The notes under the pieces were generated by a model. It was not told the DNA's origin, made no database searches, and saw only the letters and a list, made by a program, of their open reading frames with translations. 64,000 bases of DNA from the human T2T-CHM13v2.0 reference genome, Homo sapiens: assembly GCF_009914755.1 (NCBI RefSeq), contig NC_060931.1, one strand, 5' to 3'. This document shows positions 1 through 13,641 of the stretch, one piece after another; the stretch's first letter is position 1, and the number at the start of each line of letters is the position of its first letter. A program made the translations under genes and the position numbers.

Positions 1-560
1 CACCCACACTTCCACCCAGGGGCAGCTCAAGGCTCACCCCTTCAATAGAGCCTTTCCTTGCCACTCTGTCCTACATGAATCACACCTGCCTAGGGGTACA
101 AATAATAATGCAACAGAATGTTTTAGAATACCATTTTTCCATTTCCATCTAAGTGTGCCAAGTGTTGGCGGGGGGGTGTGGTGGGCAGAGTCCATTTTAT
201 AGCCCACAGCAATGAGGATCCTACCTTGAAATTATGCACAGTGATGATATCACAAATGCTGGCAATCTCAAGCAAGTATTCAGCCACCTTGGTTGGCAGC
301 CTGGGTGACTGGGAGGATGCTGGCCCCGGTTGGCCACTACTTGGACCTAGAAATATGTTAAGTCATCACCTCTTTGGAGTTGTTTGATCATCTCTATCAG
401 GACAGGATTAAACTGTTCTGATTTTTTTTTAATATCTTGTTTTAATGACTTTAACATCTTCAGTATCCCTCTCCTGACAGAGTCATAGAGGTGGGAATAT
501 TTGCATCACAAGGGAAATAGAAGGATGTCTCTGCTGAAGTGAATGGCACCTCCCTTCCTA

Positions 561-1014
<454 letters not shown>

Positions 1015-1096
1015 TCATCTTTATTCTTGTCTCCATTTTTCTCTATTTTATTCTGTGCCTCTGTGCCTTGGCAGTCAAAAATGTGACATAGCTGTA

Positions 1097-1433
1097 CAGT
1101 CAGCCCTCCTTATCCACAGGCTCCACATCGTAGCTTCAACCAACAATGGATCAAAAAATTCAGGAAAAAAAAATGGATGGTTGTGTCTGTACTGAAAATG
1201 TACAGACTTTTTTTCTTGTTATCGTTCCCTAAACAACACAGTATAACGACTATTTTCATAGGATTTACATTGTACTAGCTATTAATCTAGAGATGTCTTA
1301 AAGTGTACAGGAGGATGTGCATAGGTTATAGGCAAAGACTAAGCCATTTTATGTCAGAGACTTGAGCATCTGGGGATTTTGGTATCTGCAGGGGGTGGGA
1401 AGGGTCCTTGGAACCAATCCCCTAGGATGACTG
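1097..1433 (-). mobile_element. MER2 (TcMar-Tigger) DNA transposon
   Basis: CAGTCAGCCCTCC start; the reverse complement follows MER2 (ggattggttccaaggaccc…gataccaaaatcc…gatgctcaagtc). Confidence 0.8.
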
Positions 1434-2915
1434 GACATGGTGGATCACTCCTGCTCTCTTTTGCTACCATATCCTCTCCACTGCCACAGAGGTAAGGGCA
1501 GGGTAAGTGGAAGCCTAGGGCCACAGAGACAACAGGGTACTCTGGGCTCACCATCAAGAGTAGAGAAGGAAACCTGTTGTGCTGCTCTAGGAGTAGAGGA
1601 TGCCTTTTGGAAGATAAGTGGGATAACATGGATTAGGATGGAAAAGAATACTCATACCTAAGAACAATCACTGACTGGGGACTTTGACAGTGGATGGAAC
1701 ACCTCAAGAAATAGGCATCAAGGACATGAGACGAGGGATGAGGCCGAAGACTTTCTATCAGCAAAAAGGAAGGACAGAGTTAGGCTGAACTAAAGACATT
1801 TCTGTGTTCAAAATAAACAGCATGCTGTTATTGGGTTTGTCTTATATTATTATGTCTATCAGAAGAAGAGTACACAAAGATACAACTTACTTATACATAC
1901 TTATAACTTACACAACTTACTTATTATGTCTATCAGAATACACAAAGATACAATTTATTCTTTGAATAGCAGCAGATTTTAGTCTAAAACAGAAAAGATA
2001 CAAAAAAAAGTAATGTGTGTTTTCTAGCTTCTCCCAAATAGAAAAAAAATAAAATATATATGTATAAAATGATAACAAAAATATTTGGCTTTAAGCCCTC
2101 ATCACAGGAATTCTTGGAACCCTCTCTCTTCCGACAGATGTAAGAGGCAGTATAAACATCTTTGTATGTGTCAGTATGTATTTGTGTGTGTTGGGTTCTC
2201 ATCTGATACCAAAAAGACTACCATATTACTCATAAATATATAAACAGAGACATATACATTTAATAAATTCAAGATAGATTTTAAAATAGGGCAATAGAAA
2301 AATAAGAATAGAAGATATAAAAGTTCACAAAATATACTTCACTATAAAATGCATCTTTGAAAGGTAGGTTACAATTTTGCTATTCAATTCTATTCTCCAA
2401 TTCAGAAGGGAAATGTGAGCGGTATAAATTTTCCTCAGACTAGCCTTGCTTTCTCAGTTTCTTCTAGAACTTATGCTAATACAACTTGTTGTTCAGATGC
2501 AATTTTCATAACCTTCTAATTTGAGAAAATAGAAGCACCATCTTCAAGGATAAAAGTCAGTTGAAATTCAGTTCCCCACTCAAATTTACTTCCCACCAAT
2601 AATTACCTAATGTCCTACAATTCACTGGGTGTGGGAACTTCTACTCTCTCCCATCTCAGGGTTAGTTTGATGCCTACTTGCAGTTTTCTTTCAGAGGTTA
2701 AAGGGTAATGACTGCCTCCCTTGATTGAATAATCTTAACTTGTATGTTCTGGGGACTCATTTGTTTCTTATATAAAACCAAACCCCTGACAGATTACCTT
2801 GATATACAGTGAGCAGTGGAATTAGTGAGTCCCCAACTTTTGCAATGTATAGCACCCTCCAAATGCCAAAAAAAATTAGAGATGAAATAGAAAGGAGAAC
2901 AAAGAAGAGGGTGAT

Positions 2916-5265
2916 TGTATTAGTCCATTTTCACGCTGCTGATAAAGACATACCCAAAACTGAGGAGAAAAAGAGGTTTACTTGGACTTACAGTTGCACA
3001 TGGCTGGGGAGGCCTCAGAATCACAGTGGGAGGCAAAAGGTACTTCTTATATGGCAGCGGCAAGAGACAATGAGAGAGAAACAAAAGCAGAAACTCCTGA
3101 TAAACCCATCAGATCTCCTGAGACTTATTCACTATCACAAAAATAGCATGGGAAAGACCGGCCCCCATGATTCAATTACCTCCCCCTGGGTCCCTCCCAC
3201 AACACCTGGGAATTCTGGGAGATAACAATTCAAGTTGAGATTTGGGTGGGGGCACAGCCAAACCATATCATTCTGCCCCTGGCCCCTCCAAATCTCATGT
3301 TCTCACATTTCAAAACCAATCATGCCTTCCAAACAGTCCCCCAAAGTCTTAACTCATCTCAGCATTAATCCAAAAGTCCGTAGTCCAAAGTCTCATCTGA
3401 AACAAGGCAAGTCCCTTCTACCCATGATCCTGTAAAATCAAAAGCAAGCTAGTTACTTCCTACATACAATGGGGATACAGGTAATGGGTAAATACAGCCA
3501 TTCCAAATGGGAGAAACTGCCCACAACAAAGGCGTTACAAGCCCCATGCAAGTCCAAAATCCAGCGAGGCAGTCAAATTATAACGTTCCAAAATGATCTC
3601 CTCTGACTCCATGTCTCACATCCAGGTCACAATGATGCAAGAGGTAGGTTCCCTTAGTCTTGGGCAGCTCTGCCCCTGTGGCTTCACAGGGTATAGTCCC
3701 CACTCCTGGCTGCTTTCACGGGCTGGCGTTTAGGGTCTGTGGCTTTTCCAGGTGCACGGTACAAGCTGTCGGTGGATCTACCATTCTGGGGTCTGAAGGA
3801 CGGTGGCCTTCTTCGCACAGCTCCACTAGGTGGTGCCCCAGTAGGGATTCTGTGTGGGGGCTCCAACCCCACATTTCCCTTCACACTGCCCTAGCAGAGG
3901 TTCTCCATGAAGGCTCTGCCCCTGGAGCAAACTTTTGCCTGAGCATCCAGGTGATTCCATACATCTTCTGAAATCTAGATGGAGGTTCCCAAACCTCAAT
4001 TCTTGACTTCCATGCACCTGCAGGCTCAACACCACATGGAAGCTGCCAAGGTTTGGGGCTTGCACCCTCTGAAACCATGGGCAGAGCTGTATCTCGGCCC
4101 TTTTAGCAATGGCTGGAGCAGCTGGGATGCAGGGCACCAAGTCCCTAGGCTGCACACAGCATGGGGACCCTGGGCCTGGCCCACAAAACCATTTTTTCCT
4201 CCTAGTCTTCAGGGTCTGTGATGGGAGGGGCTGCCATGAAGACCTGTGACATGCCCTGGAGACATTTTCCCCATTGTTCTGGAGATTAACATTCAGCTCC
4301 CTGTAACTTATGCAAATTTCTGCAGCCAGCTTGAATTTCTCCTCAAAAAACAGGTTTCTCTCTTCTGCTGCATCAACTGGCTGCAAATTTTCCAAATTTT
4401 TATGCTGTTTCCCTTTTAAAATGAAATGCTTTTAACAGCACCCAAATCACCTCTTGAATGCTTTGCTGCTTAGAAATTTCTTCAGCCAGATACCCTAAAT
4501 CATCTCTCTCAAGATCAAAGTTCCACAAATCTCTGTGGTAGGGGCAAAATGCCACCAGTCTCTTTGCTAAAACATAACAACAGTCATCTTTGCTCCAGTT
4601 CCCTACAAGTTCCTCATCTCCATCTGAGACCACCTCAGCCTGGACCTTATTGTCCATAGCAGTATCCGCATTTTTGTCAAAGCCATTCAACAAGTCTTTA
4701 GGAAGCTCCAAACTTTCCCACATTTTCTTGTCTTCTTCTGAGCCCTCCAAACTGTTTCAACCTCTGCCTGTTACCCAGTTCCAAAGTCGCTTCCACATTT
4801 TCAGGTATCTTTTCAGCAGCGCCCCACTCCACTGGTACCAATTTACTGTATTAGTCAGTTTTCATACTGCTGATAAAGACATATCCAAGACTGGGAAGAA
4901 AAAGAGGTTTAACTGGACTTACAGTTGCACATGGCTGGGGAGGCCTCAGAATCATGGTGGGAGGCAAAAGGCACTTCTTACATGGCAGTGGCAAGAGAAA
5001 ACGAGAGAGAAGTAAAGGTGCAAACCCCTGATAAACCCATCAGATCTCGTGAGACTTAATTCACTATCATGAGAATAGCATGGGAATTCATCATTGAATC
5101 AATCATTGAAAAGAATTAGCAGAGGACTGATAAATAAGCATAGAAAGATAGGAAGAGCATTTCAGATTCAATTACCTCCCCGTGGGTCCCTCCCATAACA
5201 TGTGGGAATTCTGGGAGACACAATTCAAGTTGAGATTTGGGTGGGGACATAGCCAAACCATATCA
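2916..5265 (-). mobile_element. Full-length THE1A (MaLR): LTRs 2916-3270 and 4847-5265, internal region 3271-4846
   Basis: Two direct LTRs whose reverse complement begins TGATATGGTTTGGCT; the internal region carries the decayed MaLR ORF (EGSEED..MWESLELP..LLNGFD, 4400-4750). Confidence 0.92.
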
Positions 5266-5389
5266 AGGATAGTCATTTTTTCTCTGCTGTCATATTTATG
5301 GCAAGGTTCATTGTTCACTCATCTGGTCTCCATAGTTAAAACATTTCTTTGAAAATACTTTAACCAGATTCATAACATTTTATAAGATA

Positions 5390-5600
5390 TGTAATAAACT
5401 GAATGTTTGTGTTCTTTCCTCCACCCTCCCATTCACATAGGAAGCTCTAACCTCAATGCAATGGTATTGGGAGGTGGGGCATTTGGAAAATAATTGTGCT
5501 TAGATGAGGTCAGGAGGGTAGATCCCCCTTGATGGGATTAGTGCCCTTATAACTAGAGGAAGAGACACTAGACCTTTCTCTCTGCAGAATATGAGAAGGC
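5390..5600 (+). mobile_element. MLT1A-like MaLR LTR fragment
   Basis: ctgaatgtttgtg…ggtattgggaggtggggc…gatgggattagtgcccttataa. Confidence 0.7.
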
Positions 5601-5679
5601 ATATTAGTCTAAATTAGTCTAAAGAACATATAAGATGAGAAGAATAATTGGGGAGACAGTCTATACTTTTGGGAAGGGT

Positions 5680-7150
5680 GGTTTATTATCATAAAATCTC
5701 AATTCTCCCCCAAATTAACCTCAAGTAAGATTTCAGTTGGGTTTTCTGAGGATCTCTGAAAACCTCTATAATCTACATGGAAAAATAAAGGTCCACAAAT
5801 AACTAAATAAACGTTGAGAAAGAGGAGAAAAGTAGAAGTAGGGGAGGGAGTGTCCCAACCAAATCCATGGATGTACTACAAAGCCACTGTCATAGAAACA
5901 ATTTCGAGCAAGAACATTTAAATGGACAAGTAGAACAGAACAGAGAGCAAGCGTCAGAAACAGACTCATCTACTTATAAGAATGTAATACATAATAAAGT
6001 TGGTAGCATAAATCAAGAAAAGATGAACATTGGAGTTTAAAAACTGACATAATAGACTGACATAATTAAGTATCTACTCAATATCATTAGACTAAAAAAT
6101 AGACTCAGGATGGAAAATAAAGCTGTTAAGATAATATAGAAGAATTAATGTGTGGCAAAATTGTTACACATTTCTGTTCAGATTACTAGGAGACAATGTT
6201 TTCAATATCTAAAACTTACAGATAACTAACATTGAGATTATACAAGTGACAGGGCCAGATTTGCAACTCAAAAAGATCACCTAAGGGTGCAGCAAACTGT
6301 ATCTACTCTTTCTCTTCTTTTTCTTTTTCTTTTTGAGATAGGGTCTCATTCTGTCACCCAGGCTGGAGTACAGTGACATGATCCTGGCTCACAGCAGCCT
6401 CAACCTCCTTGGCTCAAGCCATCCTTCCACCTAGGCTTTTGCAAGGCAACAAGAAAGTTTTGCAAGGATACAAGAAAGTTTTGCAAGGCAACAGGAAAAT
6501 GAGAGTAACTCAACAGAAAAGTAGACAAAGGCATGATAGGCAATGTGAATAATCACATGACAACAAATTTACTGAGATCCTCAACCCACTAGTAACCAGA
6601 GAAATGAAAATTAAACAGCAGTGTAATACCGCTTTGAAGCTACTCAACTGATCAAAACATGCCCAGTGTTGTTGGGGACATGGGGCTACAAAGACTCTTG
6701 CACTGTGATGAACACACAGTCAGTGCAGCCATTCGAGGGAGCAACAGCCAGGATCTGGCTAAATAAGCACACCATCGCTTTCCAACCCCAGAATTCTGAT
6801 CTTGGATGTTCACATCCCACAGAAATTCTCACACAGGTCCGTAAAGGATGTATACAAGGCTGCTCATTACAGCATCGTTTGTGATACAGGGAAGGTGAAA
6901 GGATTTGGGTGGCCACCACTGAAAGTGAGAATAGGTAAAATATGATGAATTCAGACTGTGGAACAAAAGCACTGGTTAGAAGCAAAAGACTACAGATACA
7001 CAAAGGAAAATGAGTAGATGTTTAAAACTCGTCCTAATTTTAAAAAGTAAAAAGTGTAAAGTCGATAAAAGACAGCATTTATGTAAATTAAAAACACATA
7101 CAAACAGTGCAGAATTCGTTATAATAAGAAAGGAATAAGTACACTAAGGC
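5680..7150 (+). mobile_element. Ancient L1M (ORF2/3' end) fragments
   Basis: A-rich decayed L1 motifs (tactacaaagcc…atggacaagtagaacagaacagagagc; ctagtaaccagagaaatgaaaattaaa). Confidence 0.55.
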
Positions 7151-7298
7151 AGGAGCTTGAACAAACCAAAGAAACCAAATGATACCGTGCCATGAAGATT
7201 TCAAGGAATTCTATTTTCTGCAACTGTCCTCCCGCAATTTACCAAAATAGGTACACTGCAATAAAACCTACAAAGTGCCTTTATAGAGATTAGCTCTA

Positions 7299-7355
7299 GT
7301 GCTCGCTTCAGCAGCACGTATACCATATAAATTAAAAAATACATACATAAAATAC
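7299..7355 (+). pseudogene. 3'-truncated U6 snRNA retrocopy with A-rich tail
   Basis: GTGCTCGCTTCAGCAGCACGTATAC matches U6 nt 1-25 with 2 substitutions; TSD ATTAGCTCTA at 7289-7298 and 7356-7365. Confidence 0.8.
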
Positions 7356-7547
7356 ATTAGCTCTAAAAAGTGTGGATGTTTGGAGGAGAGAATAAGAAAA
7401 GGCTTCACCAAGAAGGTAACAACAGAGATGGATCTTGGAGGACTTGTAAGAGTTCATAGAAAGTAGGGAAAAAGGGAGTGTAATCTGAGGGCAACTGTAA
7501 AAGCAAAGGTTTCTAAATACAAGCAAAAGATAAGAAAGGAGAGAATA

Positions 7548-7835
<288 letters not shown>

Positions 7836-8388
7836 GAGAAAGAAGGGAAAGAATTGATACAACTTGCTGCACCTTTAAGTGATCTTTTTGAGATGAAAAT
7901 CTGGCCCTGTCACTCTCCCTTAGATCCTTCAATGGATTACCTTGCCCTCAAAATAAAGATCAAATTCCTTAACATGGTCTACTAGGCCCACGTGATCCCT
8001 GGTCTCTGCTCACATCTTCAGTTTCATCTTCTGCTATGGGATTTCCACCTCTGTCCTCCAGATCTGAAATTTTCTAGCTTTCCTTCAATGACACTCCTGC
8101 CTCCAAATTACAGATTTCTCAAACCCTCCAGAAGAGGTCATTCTCAGGTTTTATATATATATACTTTCAGAAATCAAAAACAAAATTCTGAGACCTCCCA
8201 ACCATCTGAAAGGACACCTCCTCTAGGCCAAAGGCATTCCAAAGTTAAGCTGAAAAACTGTTTCAGGCTGTGATGGAAGTGGGGGTCAGACATGCCTCAT
8301 TATGCCCTCCTCTTTTTTGGAATTCAGGAAGAGCCGACCGGCACTAACATCAACACAGACCTAAGGCCTGATAAGAAACATTTGCCAT

Positions 8389-9501
8389 ATCTTTCCTGTT
8401 CCTCACCCTGATCACGCTTGATTTATTGATGGCAGTTCCACCAGGCCTAATCGCCACACACCAGCAAAGGCAGGCTATGCTATAGTACAAGCCACTAGCC
8501 CGCCTTTCAGAACCTCTCATTTCCTTTCCATCATGGAAATCTATCCTCAAGGAAATAATTTCTCAGTGTTCCATCTGCTATTCTACTATTCCTCAGGGAT
8601 TATTCAGGCCCCCTTCCTTCCCTACACAGCAAGCTCGAGGATTTGCCCCCACCCAGGACTGGCAAATTAGCTTTACTCAACATGTCCAGAGTCAGGAAAC
8701 TAAAATCTTAATCTCTCCCAATCTAGGTTCCCACGCCGCCCCTAATCCCGCTTGAAGCAGCCCTGAGAAACATCGCCCATTCTCTCTCCATATCACCCCC
8801 CAAAAATTTTTGCCACCCCAACACTTCAACACTATTTTGTTTCATTTTTCTTATTAATATAAGAAGGCAGGAATGTCAGGCCTCTGAGCCCAAGCCAAGC
8901 CATCACATCCCCTGTGACTTGCAGGTATAGGCCCAGATGGCCTGAAGTAACTGAAGAATCACAAAAGAAGTGAATATGCCCTGCCCCACCTTAACTGATG
9001 ACATTCCACCACAAAAGAAGTGTAAATGGCCGGTCCTTGCCTTAACTGATGACATTACCTTGTGAAAGTCCTTTTCCTGGCTCATCCTGGCTCAAAAGCA
9101 CCCCCACTGAGCACCTTGCGACCCCCACTCCTGCCCACTGAGCACCTTGCGACCCCCACTCCTACCCACCAGAGAACAAACCCCCTTTGACTGTAATTTT
9201 CCTTTACCTACCCAAATCCTATAAAACGGTCCCACCCTTATCTCCCTTCACTGACTCTCTTTTCGGACTCAGCCCGCCTGCACCCAGGTGAAATAAACAG
9301 CCATGTTGCTCACACAAAGCCTGTTTGGTGGTCTCTTCACACGGACGCGCATGAAAATAATACCTACCTCATACATCTGTCATGTAACACTTTAGTGTTC
9401 TATATTTGCATAGCTGTATCCTTCCATTAGTTTGTATAGAGCTGACTTAGTATTTTTGGTTGAATAAATGTTGAATGACCTGGCAAAAAAAAAAAAAAAA
9501 A
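8389..9501 (+). mobile_element. HERV-H processed retrocopy: pol fragment + pre-LTR region + complete LTR7 + 3' transduction + poly(A)
   Basis: HERV-H internal sequence 8389-8873 ending in the PPT AAGAAGGCAGGAA; LTR 8874-9356; non-viral 9357-9484 with AATAAA at 9463; A17 tail; flanking repeats AAGAAACATTT(G/A)CCAT at 8373-8388 and 9500-9515. Confidence 0.88.
8874..9356 (+). mobile_element. LTR7 (HERV-H LTR), full U3-R-U5
   Basis: TGTCAGGCCTCTGAGCCCAAG...CACACGGACGCGCATGAAA; TATAAAA at 9220, AATAAA at 9292. Confidence 0.93.
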
Positions 9502-10055
9502 GAAACATTTACCATCTATTCTCTCTGAAACCTGCCACTTGGAAGCTTCATCTACATGATAAAACCTTGGTCTCCACAACCCCTTAACATATCCCAGACA
9601 TTCCTATTGATAATAATTATTTTGACCAGTTACAAATCAGAAAATTTATAAATCTACCTATGACCTGCAAGCCCTCCTACCCCCGCCCTCAAATTGTCCC
9701 ACCCTTCCAGATTGAACCAATGTAAATCTTACATGTATTGATTGATGTATTATGTCTCCCCAAAAATGTATAAAAGCAAGCTGTACCCTGACCACCTCGG
9801 GCACGTCATCGGAACCTCCTGAAACCCTGTCATGGGTATATCCTTAACTCTGGCAAAATAAACTTTCTAAACTTTCTTTGAGACTTGTCTCAGGTACTTT
9901 TGAGTTCACACTTTTTAGCATCCATCAAAATTATAGTAATTTATTATTAAGTAATCATTTGTTTAATGTTTATGCGGGCATAACCTAGGTCCTTGAGATC
10001 AAAGACCATGTGCACAACTATATCCCTAGCCCCTCATTCAACGCTTTGCACAATA

Positions 10056-10277
10056 TGGGTTGAGTATCCCTTATCTGAAATGCTTGGGACCAGAAGTGTT
10101 TTGGATTTTGGATTTCTTTGGATTTGGGAATATTTGCAGGTACTTAGCCAGTTGAGCGTCCCAAGTCCAAAAATCCCAAATGTCAAATGTTCCAATGAAC
10201 ACTTCCTTTGAGTATCATATTTCACAATTTGGAGCATTTTGGATTTGAGATTTGGGGATTAGGTCTGCTAAACCTAT
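10056..10277 (+). mobile_element. Tigger4a/MER46 (Zombi) MITE
   Basis: ggttgagtatcccttatctgaaatgcttgggaccagaagtgttttggatttt… with a degenerate inverted terminus. Confidence 0.75.
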
Positions 10278-10912
10278 ACATGTGTTGAATGACTGCATAA
10301 ATTAAGGAATGGAGTAGGAGTGCTTTGGTTGGGGTGGGAACCAGTGATTCTGTTTCAGACAGCTACCCGTGATAGTAGCAGCTAAATAAGAGTTGGGGTC
10401 AATTATGGAACCACTGGCCCTGTTCTTTCTCTCAATGTTCTACACAATGGGATCCTCAGTGTATCCACTGGGGGAACGAGATAAAAATATTAGAGCTTTC
10501 AATGACATTTATTTGTACCTCATTATTTTAAAACATCTGTGTTTGCATATCATACAGAAGTACACATATATAATTCATAAATAAATAAAACATGCATATA
10601 CTGGGGAAATGCCTGCTCAAAATTTTTTTATTGACAGGAGGTAGAATGAAAGATGTTTAAAAATCACTGCTGTGGGTCAGAGAGTTTCCACTATTATTAG
10701 GCATCCAAATCAGCAAGGAGCTATTTTCAAATAGTTCTGTTTGACCCCAAACCTACAGAATTAAAACTCCGTGGGTTTAGGGCAATGGCAAATTCAGAAT
10801 GCTGATCAGATGATTATGATGGAAGCCTCTGCTAAAGAACCACTGCTTTTCTATCAGGATTCCTAAACCTGGCTTCTCATCCTAATCATAATCATCTTAA
10901 AAACAAACAACA

Positions 10913-11199
10913 GTCAGGCCCAGTGGCTCATGCCTGTAACCTCTGCACCCAGGGAAGCCAAGGGAGGAGGATCCCTTGAGGCCAGGGGTTCAAAATCAGT
11001 CTGGGAAAATAGAGAGTAGTGAGACCCCATCTCTACAAACAAATTAAAAATTAGCTGTACATGGTGGTGTGTACCTGTAGTCCCAGCTACCAGGGAGGCT
11101 GAGGTGAGAGGATGGCTTGAGCCCAGGAGTTCAAGGCTGCAGTGAGCTATGATCACGCCACTGCACTCCAGCCTAAGCGACATAGCAAGACTCTGTCTC

Positions 11200-11245
<46 letters not shown>

Positions 11246-11262
11246 TGATTGATAGACAGATG
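10913..11262 (+). mobile_element. AluJ with (TAGA)n tetranucleotide microsatellite tail (11200-11262)
   Basis: Alu body followed by ~11 perfect TAGA units. Confidence 0.88.
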
Positions 11263-11307
11263 GATTTTAAGGAAATTTTGCTGATTTGCCAGGTTTGGGA
11301 GCCACTG

Positions 11308-11911
11308 TGTCAGAAGTGTTCAAACCACAGTGACTCCATCATAAATAGGGACTTGATAAAACAAAGCTGAGACCTATGGGGCTACATTCCCAGGAGGTTA
11401 GGCGTTCTTAGTCACAGGATGAGATAGGGGTCGGCACAAGATACAAGTCACAAGGACCTTGCTGATAAAACAGGATACAGTAAAGACACCAGCCAAAACC
11501 CACCAAATCCAAAACAGTGATGAAAGTGACCTCTCTGGTCATCCTTACTGCTCATTATATGCTACTCATAATTCATTAGCATGCGAAAAGACACTCCCAC
11601 CAGTGCCATGACAACTTAAAAATGCCAGGCAGTGTCTGAACTTTAGACCCTATAGGGTCTAAAGTGGAGAGGAACCCTCAGTTCTGGGAACTGCCTGTAC
11701 CTTTCTTGGAACACTCATGAGTAATCCACCCATTGTTTAGCATATAATGAAGAAATAACTGTAAGTATACTCAGTCGAACAGCCCATTCTTTTATTCCTT
11801 TGCTTTCTTAATAAACTTGCTTTCCCTTTACGGGCTTGCCCCAAATTCGTTCTTGTGCAAGGCCCGTGAACACTCCCTTGGGGTTGGGACCAGAACCTCT
11901 TTCTGGTAACA
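11308..11911 (+). mobile_element. MER41B-like solo LTR (ERV1)
   Basis: TGTCAGA…gactccatc…cattcccaggaggttagg…ggaaccctcagttctgggaa…aataaacttgctttc…tggtaACA. Confidence 0.85.
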
Positions 11912-11979
11912 AATACAGTAGAGCCAGAACTCCACTAAATGAACTTTACTGGTTATAGTCTCTTTAAGAACAGGAATTG

Positions 11980-12774
<795 letters not shown>

Positions 12775-13154
12775 TCACCATAGCTATACCCAGCCTCCAG
12801 GAGGACCTGGGCATTCTCAGACATTATGTACCAGACGTTTTGGAAATGTTCAACTGAATGAGATTTGGAAGTATACATATTTTTCTATGATATATGCACT
12901 CAAGTTAAAAATGTCTTTGTACAGGAGATTCGAAAAATATGAGCCTCTAGTCTAGAGACTTAGGAAGAGTGATGGTGTAACTGCTGACCTACAAGCATCA
13001 CACAGAGGCATCATCACTTTGGCATTGGTTTATAAACTCACCGACAAGATAATCTTTTCCTCCTCCAAACTCCCATGGCACCTCTAGCATAAAGTGCACT
13101 GCACTTCAACACTGTTGTTCATCTGTCACATCCATTACACTGTGAGCTCCTTGA

Positions 13155-13641
<487 letters not shown>

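Larger units (their letters stand above)
8166..9910 (+). mobile_element. MER4-family ERV1 LTR split into 8166-8388 and 9500-9910 by the HERV-H retrocopy
   Basis: The two halves read continuously across the TSD (…gataagaaacattt|accatctattctctctgaa…). The 3' half has MER4-type motifs (aatgtataaaagcaagctgtaccctgaccacct; aaataaactttctaaa) and ends in ACA. Confidence 0.75.

Noticed and set aside
3660-5015. ORFs within THE1A-int
   Set aside because: Fragments of the decayed MaLR ORF, broken by stops and frameshifts.
8874-9356. LTR7 as a solo LTR or an in-place truncated provirus
   Set aside because: No short viral TSD around the LTR; instead the unit has a poly(A) tail and a long TSD enclosing internal sequence, LTR and extra flank.
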